A stretch of 64,000 bases of DNA, from assembly GCA_963677485.1 (NCBI GenBank), contig OY781964.1, positions 2,176,001 to 2,240,000 of the forward strand, in the 5' to 3' direction. The notes under the pieces are model-generated. The model ran no database searches, was not told where the DNA came from, and was given only the letters and a program-made list of their open reading frames with translations. Made by a program: the position numbers and the translations under genes. Each line of letters begins with the position of its first letter. Position 1 is the stretch's first letter. Origin of the DNA: Armatimonadota bacterium (GTDB lineage: Bacteria; Armatimonadota; HRBIN16). Of the stretch, positions 59,942 through 64,000 are shown in pieces.

Positions 59942-60046
59942 TCTCAGTTTACTCCGCAAACATTCGCGCTTAAGGATTGTAGGTTCTACCGTATGTTGAT
60001 CAATACAGGCCACTAGATATTGCTGATGTGTGGTCTCTGTGTCTGC

Positions 60047-60055
60047 ATTATAGCA
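60047..60055 (-). promoter_or_regulatory. Extended -10 promoter for the TIR-STAND-TPR gene
   Basis: TGcTATAAT on the minus strand, about 105 nt upstream of ATG 59941. Confidence 0.55.
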
Positions 60056-60095
60056 CCCATATTACCGTTTCAACAACACGATATATTGCCCTTGA

Positions 60096-60127
60096 CCCCT
60101 CCGCGACCTCCGCGTCTCCGCGTGAAA
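60096..60127. repeat. Family D motif
   Basis: CCCCTCCGCGACCTCCGCGTCTCCGCGTGAAA is identical to 63073-63104; 60109-60125 is the exact reverse complement of 56573-56589. Confidence 0.85.
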
Positions 60128-60144
60128 ATCCCCGCCCTCCCCCG

Positions 60145-62532
60145 CTAGAACTTCACCAGCTCCAGGTCGCTGACGGTCAGCACCAGGTGCTCGGATTTGG
60201 AGTTGCACCCCAGCCGCACGGCGCTGATTGCGTCTAGTGACAGTTTGTTGTCGGGGTCTGGGCCAAGGAATTCGAGCAGGCTCATGTGGGAGAACTGCAA
60301 GGTGACCCGGCGCCGGGTTTTCGATGTGGGGATCCCGGCAATGTAATGCGCTCCGCTCTTTTCGACCAGCATCAACTGTATCACCGAACCATCGCCTTCA
60401 CTGCTGCACTGCATATCGAAGGAGATGCCGTCGTATTTGGAATAGTCACGGGGTGTCTTGAATGTGTAGTCCGGGTATGACCAGCGGTCGTGCTCACCGA
60501 AGAATTCGGAATCAATCTTCAGACTCCCAGTGGCTGGATTGCTGATGGTCACTTTATCTCCAGCACTGATTTGTGGTCTCCACTGTGCGGCATCAAGCAG
60601 ACCCATACTGACGTGCTTGGTGGTTAGCACATCACTCAAGTCATACGTGAAATGGCTCGCAGCCGGGCTCAGCTTTGTTTTGCCGACCACGGCCGTTGCT
60701 GTCAAGTTGTAGTTACCAGTCTTTGGAAGGCCAGGGTGAACCATGAATTTCAACACCTCTCGACCCATGGGTGCGAGCGTAAAACTGCGAACCGGCGCAT
60801 CAACGCGCCAGCCTTTCGGCCCAGATAATGTGACCGTTCCTTTGCCCGTGGGCTTTGTTCCGAAGTTATACACCTCAACGGTATATTCGAACTGCCGGTA
60901 TTCCGCACCATACAGCACATAACTGTCGTTGCCTTTGTCAACTCTGGCCAGGCTGTGTCCCACCATCACGATGGGGGATGGATGGAGCACGGGCATCTTG
61001 CCCAGCGGTTTGACCGCTCCTGTGAGATGGGACGCCACTTTGTCATTCATGCCTGTGACATAGACCGCCTCAGCACCCAACGACACCGCGATGGAGCCGT
61101 TCTTGGCCCGCACCGTCTCTTCGCCGCCGAATATGTTCCTCACGCGGGCCTCTGGGCCATCGACTGGCAGCGATATCACTGTGGGTTTATCCGACCAGGC
61201 GGCCAGCACACGCCTATTTGGCGTGTTGAAGAGATAGGCATGGCTGTCTGTATTACCCAGCCGATATTCGCCAAGGTAGGTTCCCTGTCCCAGGATATTC
61301 ACGACTGCTGATAGCGCTATGAAGGCCGGATTGGGTGACAGGTCTGGCTTCATTGAGCCGTATTGCGTCGTGTTCTCCAGGTACTCTGGCAACACGAAGA
61401 AAAAGTGCTTGGCATTGCCTGCGACCAATGACATCACCGCCGAACGGGGAGCAAACTGGCACTGCAGCCTCTCATCGGAGGCGGTTAGCAGCCGCTTGTC
61501 AATGCCTTCTGAGCCTTTCAGAATGATCCCAGCTTCCGTCATCCAGCTTGGCCGATCGTTCAGTTTGAACTCAGACAACTGCTTGCGGTAGCTCTCCAGG
61601 TCGCCTGGGTAGACCGCCGGTGCAGCATACCGGTGCCAGTTGTAGATGTCGTAGTAGTTACCCATGCCGTTTTGATACAAGCCAAGACCGAAGTTGGAGG
61701 GGCCGATACAGAGTGAGCACTGCGTCACGATGGCATCCGCATCGCCCGCTTTCAATCCGAGATAGGCTGCTTTCAGGTATCCTGAGCACCGGTCGCTGAG
61801 GTCAGGCCAAAAGTTTCCGTCTGGCTCATTCCACGGCTCCCAGGCTTGAACCTGCTTGCCGAAATGCATCGCTAGCTGTTTTGTGAAGGTGTAGACCGTG
61901 CGCAGGTCTTCAGGATAGTAGCTGCCTTTCGGTTGTTTCACCCGGGTCCACTCTGGCGTGAGGTGCCACACCTCAAAGATATTAATTCCTTCAGCGGAGA
62001 GGTTGTCGACGGTGGGCTGGATGCTTGACCAATCATACCTGCCCGGTATCTGCTCCATGCTCTCCCACCTCAGCCGTTCACGTATCCAGGGGATACCGGC
62101 GCGGCTGACCACTTTGGCAAACGGCTTCCGAAGCGCATCGTCATGCAGCAGCCAGACGCTGGCCGCATCGGCCCCTATCCGACCGTCTTTGGGCAGCGGA
62201 GCCCCTTTGCGGTCGATCACCACGCCGACGGAGGCCTTTGTGGTCCCAGCAGCATCGCTGCAGCTCAGCTCGTACCAGCCCGGCTCACAGCCCTCGAAGC
62301 GAACCGTCGCAGCACCGTCGGTGGTGGTGGCCGTTCCGCTGGTGATCAGCACTCCGAAGTAGTCCTTCAACTCATATCGCACGTCACTTGCAGCGCCAGA
62401 TATCTGAAACACCATGGGTTGCTTTGTCGTGTGCAGGTTGCCCGGCTGGTCGCAGGATATGGTGAGGGCTGATGCTCCGAGCGAGCCGGCCAGCCACGCG
62501 CCGATGATCATGAGTGAGGCGAATATCCGCAT
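60145..62532 (-). CDS. Secreted clan GH-A glycoside hydrolase (GH39/GH5-like) with C-terminal NEW3-like and CBM11-like domains
   Basis: Start MRIFASLMII at 62532 (GGAG RBS); AGIPWIRE, WEPWNEPD acid/base, YNWHRY, WMTEAG nucleophile; DYSKYDGISF CBM11-like. Confidence 0.85.
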   Translation of the reverse strand: MRIFASLMIIGAWLAGSLGASALTISCDQPGNLHTTKQPMVFQISGAASDVRYELKDYFGVLITSGTATTTDGAATVRFEGCEPGWYELSCSDAAGTTKASVGVVIDRKGAPLPKDGRIGADAASVWLLHDDALRKPFAKVVSRAGIPWIRERLRWESMEQIPGRYDWSSIQPTVDNLSAEGINIFEVWHLTPEWTRVKQPKGSYYPEDLRTVYTFTKQLAMHFGKQVQAWEPWNEPDGNFWPDLSDRCSGYLKAAYLGLKAGDADAIVTQCSLCIGPSNFGLGLYQNGMGNYYDIYNWHRYAAPAVYPGDLESYRKQLSEFKLNDRPSWMTEAGIILKGSEGIDKRLLTASDERLQCQFAPRSAVMSLVAGNAKHFFFVLPEYLENTTQYGSMKPDLSPNPAFIALSAVVNILGQGTYLGEYRLGNTDSHAYLFNTPNRRVLAAWSDKPTVISLPVDGPEARVRNIFGGEETVRAKNGSIAVSLGAEAVYVTGMNDKVASHLTGAVKPLGKMPVLHPSPIVMVGHSLARVDKGNDSYVLYGAEYRQFEYTVEVYNFGTKPTGKGTVTLSGPKGWRVDAPVRSFTLAPMGREVLKFMVHPGLPKTGNYNLTATAVVGKTKLSPAASHFTYDLSDVLTTKHVSMGLLDAAQWRPQISAGDKVTISNPATGSLKIDSEFFGEHDRWSYPDYTFKTPRDYSKYDGISFDMQCSSEGDGSVIQLMLVEKSGAHYIAGIPTSKTRRRVTLQFSHMSLLEFLGPDPDNKLSLDAISAVRLGCNSKSEHLVLTVSDLELVKF

Positions 62533-62632
62533 TAGTCTGATCTCCATCTGTTGTGGGTGAAACACTTGCTTTATTATACGTGAGTAGCGGTGGGGATAGG
62601 GTTGGTTGAAGGCCGGTAGGGTGAGGCCTCGT

Positions 62633-62774
62633 CCCCGCGCCCTAAAGGACACGGCTTATTATCCGAAAAGCCGGCTAAAGCCGTCTGCCGGAGGTCTGTA
62701 AACCGGAGCGGGATACGGCCAGCCCGATTCATCGGGCTTTTCGTTCAATTAGCCGCAGGGCTTTCAGCCCGCGG
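62633..62774. repeat. Family B element
   Basis: 53/55 identity to 18722-18776; hairpins AGCCCGAttcaTCGGGCT and CCGCAGGGCtttcaGCCCGCGG. Confidence 0.8.
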
Positions 62775-62818
62775 CCGTGGGCGCAATCGATTATATCAGC
62801 CCATCACCCCTTCCTCAT

Positions 62819-62894
62819 GGCTAACCGCCAGACCGGCGCGGTCTCGAGCCTTCCGCAACCGCTAGCCTACGCACAGACCGCCCCGGACATAGCC
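62819..62894. repeat. Family A right half
   Basis: CCGCCAGACCGGCGCGGTCTCGAGCCTTC...GCTAGCCTACGCACAGACCGCCCCGGACATAG, as at 43419-43486. Confidence 0.85.
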
Positions 62895-62906
62895 AAACCT
62901 ATCCCT

Positions 62907-63104
62907 CTTCGCGCCTTCGCGCCCGCGCGTGAGCTGTGCTCTTCGCGGTTGGCTTAGGACCGGTAGGATGAGTATGACGAATAGGACAACCGCCAATCCT
63001 TCGCGCCTTCGCGTCTTCGCGTGAGAATGCCTCCGCCTTTTCGCGTCTTCGCGTGAGCCTCCCTTACCTCTCCCCCTCCGCGACCTCCGCGTCTCCGCGT
63101 GAAA
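62907..63104. repeat. Family D cluster (GTG-type orientation)
   Basis: Three CTTCGCG-type triplets, one TAGGAC-type run and one CTCCGCG triplet, all co-oriented. Confidence 0.8.
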
Positions 63105-63176
63105 CATCCCTCCCCCAATCTGGCCTGATTGTGCTGATATTTGGCCGTAAAGACGTAGATATCTCCCGCCCTGCAG

Positions 63177-63185
63177 TGCTATACT
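63177..63185 (+). promoter_or_regulatory. Possible extended -10 promoter
   Basis: TGcTATACT about 40 nt upstream of ATG 63226. Confidence 0.4.
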
Positions 63186-63225
63186 TCAATCACAACATCA
63201 AATTGCACCGGGAGTGACTTTAGCT

Positions 63226-64000
63226 ATGCCTATCACCAAAATCAGCTATCCTGACTATCTCAACCGCGTGACCGGCGGCTGGATCGGAAAATGCATCGGC
63301 GGAGCCACCGGTGCGGCGATGGAAAACAACAAGAATCTGATGCACTACACCTTGGAGAACGTCATCCCTGAGGTGATCCCGCCAAATGACGACCTCGACC
63401 TTCAGGTGCTCTACCTGCAGGACGTCCTGGAACGGCTTGGCGCGCGGTTCGACAGCCGCGACATCGCACTCAGCTTTGCGGCGCACAACCTGTGCATGGC
63501 CAACGAGTATGCGGTGGCGGTGCGCAACATCGACCACCGTATCATGCCGCCTCTGTCCGGTGTGTTCAACAACGACTATTTTAAAAACAGCATGGGCTGC
63601 CCCATCCGCTCCGAAATATGGGGGTTCGTCTGCCCGGGTGACCCCAACACCGCGGTGCAACTTGCATACATGGACGGCTGCGTAGACCACGACTCCGAGA
63701 GCATCTCCGGTGAGCAGTTCAACGCCGCCCTGGAGGCACTGGCCTTCGTGGAGCAGGACGTGAACCGCCTGCTGGATATGGCGATGAGCTTCATACCTGA
63801 AGAGGGTGAACTGGCGGGCTGCGTGCGGCTGGTGCGCGAGGGCTACCGGTCCGGGCAGGACTGGCAGCAAACCCGTGCGGCCATGCTGGCCAGGTACGGC
63901 AGCAGTGATGCCAGCTACAGCGTGACCAACCTGGGTCTGACCATTCTAGCCCTGCTGCACGGTCAGGGTGACATGGAAAAGACGATCTTGACCGCCATCA
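63226..64000 (+). CDS. ADP-ribosylglycohydrolase family protein, 3'-truncated by the window edge (absent from the ORF track)
   Basis: GGGAG RBS; MPITKISYPDYLNRVTGGWIGKCIGGATGAAME...PNDDLDLQ...SMGCPIRSEIWG...DGCVDH; no stop before 64000. Confidence 0.88.
   Translation, partial: MPITKISYPDYLNRVTGGWIGKCIGGATGAAMENNKNLMHYTLENVIPEVIPPNDDLDLQVLYLQDVLERLGARFDSRDIALSFAAHNLCMANEYAVAVRNIDHRIMPPLSGVFNNDYFKNSMGCPIRSEIWGFVCPGDPNTAVQLAYMDGCVDHDSESISGEQFNAALEALAFVEQDVNRLLDMAMSFIPEEGELAGCVRLVREGYRSGQDWQQTRAAMLARYGSSDASYSVTNLGLTILALLHGQGDMEKTILTAI

Noticed and set aside
62907-63104. CRISPR array or guide-RNA array in the family D clusters (also 32960-33177 and 41031-41166)
   Set aside because: Repeat units differ in type and length, spacing is irregular, there are at most three similar copies per cluster, and no cas-like gene is in the window.
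63220-63870. Minus-strand 216-aa ORF and other long antisense ORFs (7363-8235, 8251-9087, 9731-10669, 15642-16568, 41281-42072, 51829-52617, 54723-55643)
   Set aside because: These are shadow frames of GC-rich genes with clear motifs on the opposite strand; they have no recognisable domains.
63226-64000. ADP-ribosylglycohydrolase as part of a TIR/NAD+ defence module
   Set aside because: It is 3.3 kb away, divergent, separated by a glycosidase gene and host-like in composition; nothing in the sequence links the two.

Overview
Bacterial chromosomal window, mostly GC-rich. The gene mix of many secreted carbohydrate-active-like proteins and LamG/CBM domains suggests an Armatimonadota/PVC-like heterotroph (inference only). 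It holds about 30 CDSs: putative glycoside hydrolases, esterases, a serpin, a nitrilase, two sensor kinases, two tandem paralog pairs, and partial genes at both edges. I found no rRNA, tRNA, CRISPR array, transposase or integrase. The main points of interest are four. (1) Two NLR-like, TPR-sensor modules of candidate immune function: an AT-richer, translationally coupled P-loop ATPase plus degenerate-ATPase/TPR pair (1571-4533), and a TIR-STAND-TPR gene (57077-59941) with its own promoter, bracketed by a perfect 17-bp inverted repeat and with a GC step at the ATPase/TPR junction. (2) A 386-bp skeleton pseudogene keeping only the two ends of a 2.8-kb paralog, still TGATG-coupled to the next gene. 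(3) At least four intergenic repeat families: MITE/REP-like hairpins, plus polar 'triple short direct repeat' motifs that may delimit accessory cassettes. (4) Several enzyme homologs with altered catalytic motifs. All functional calls come from motifs read by eye, with no database search.
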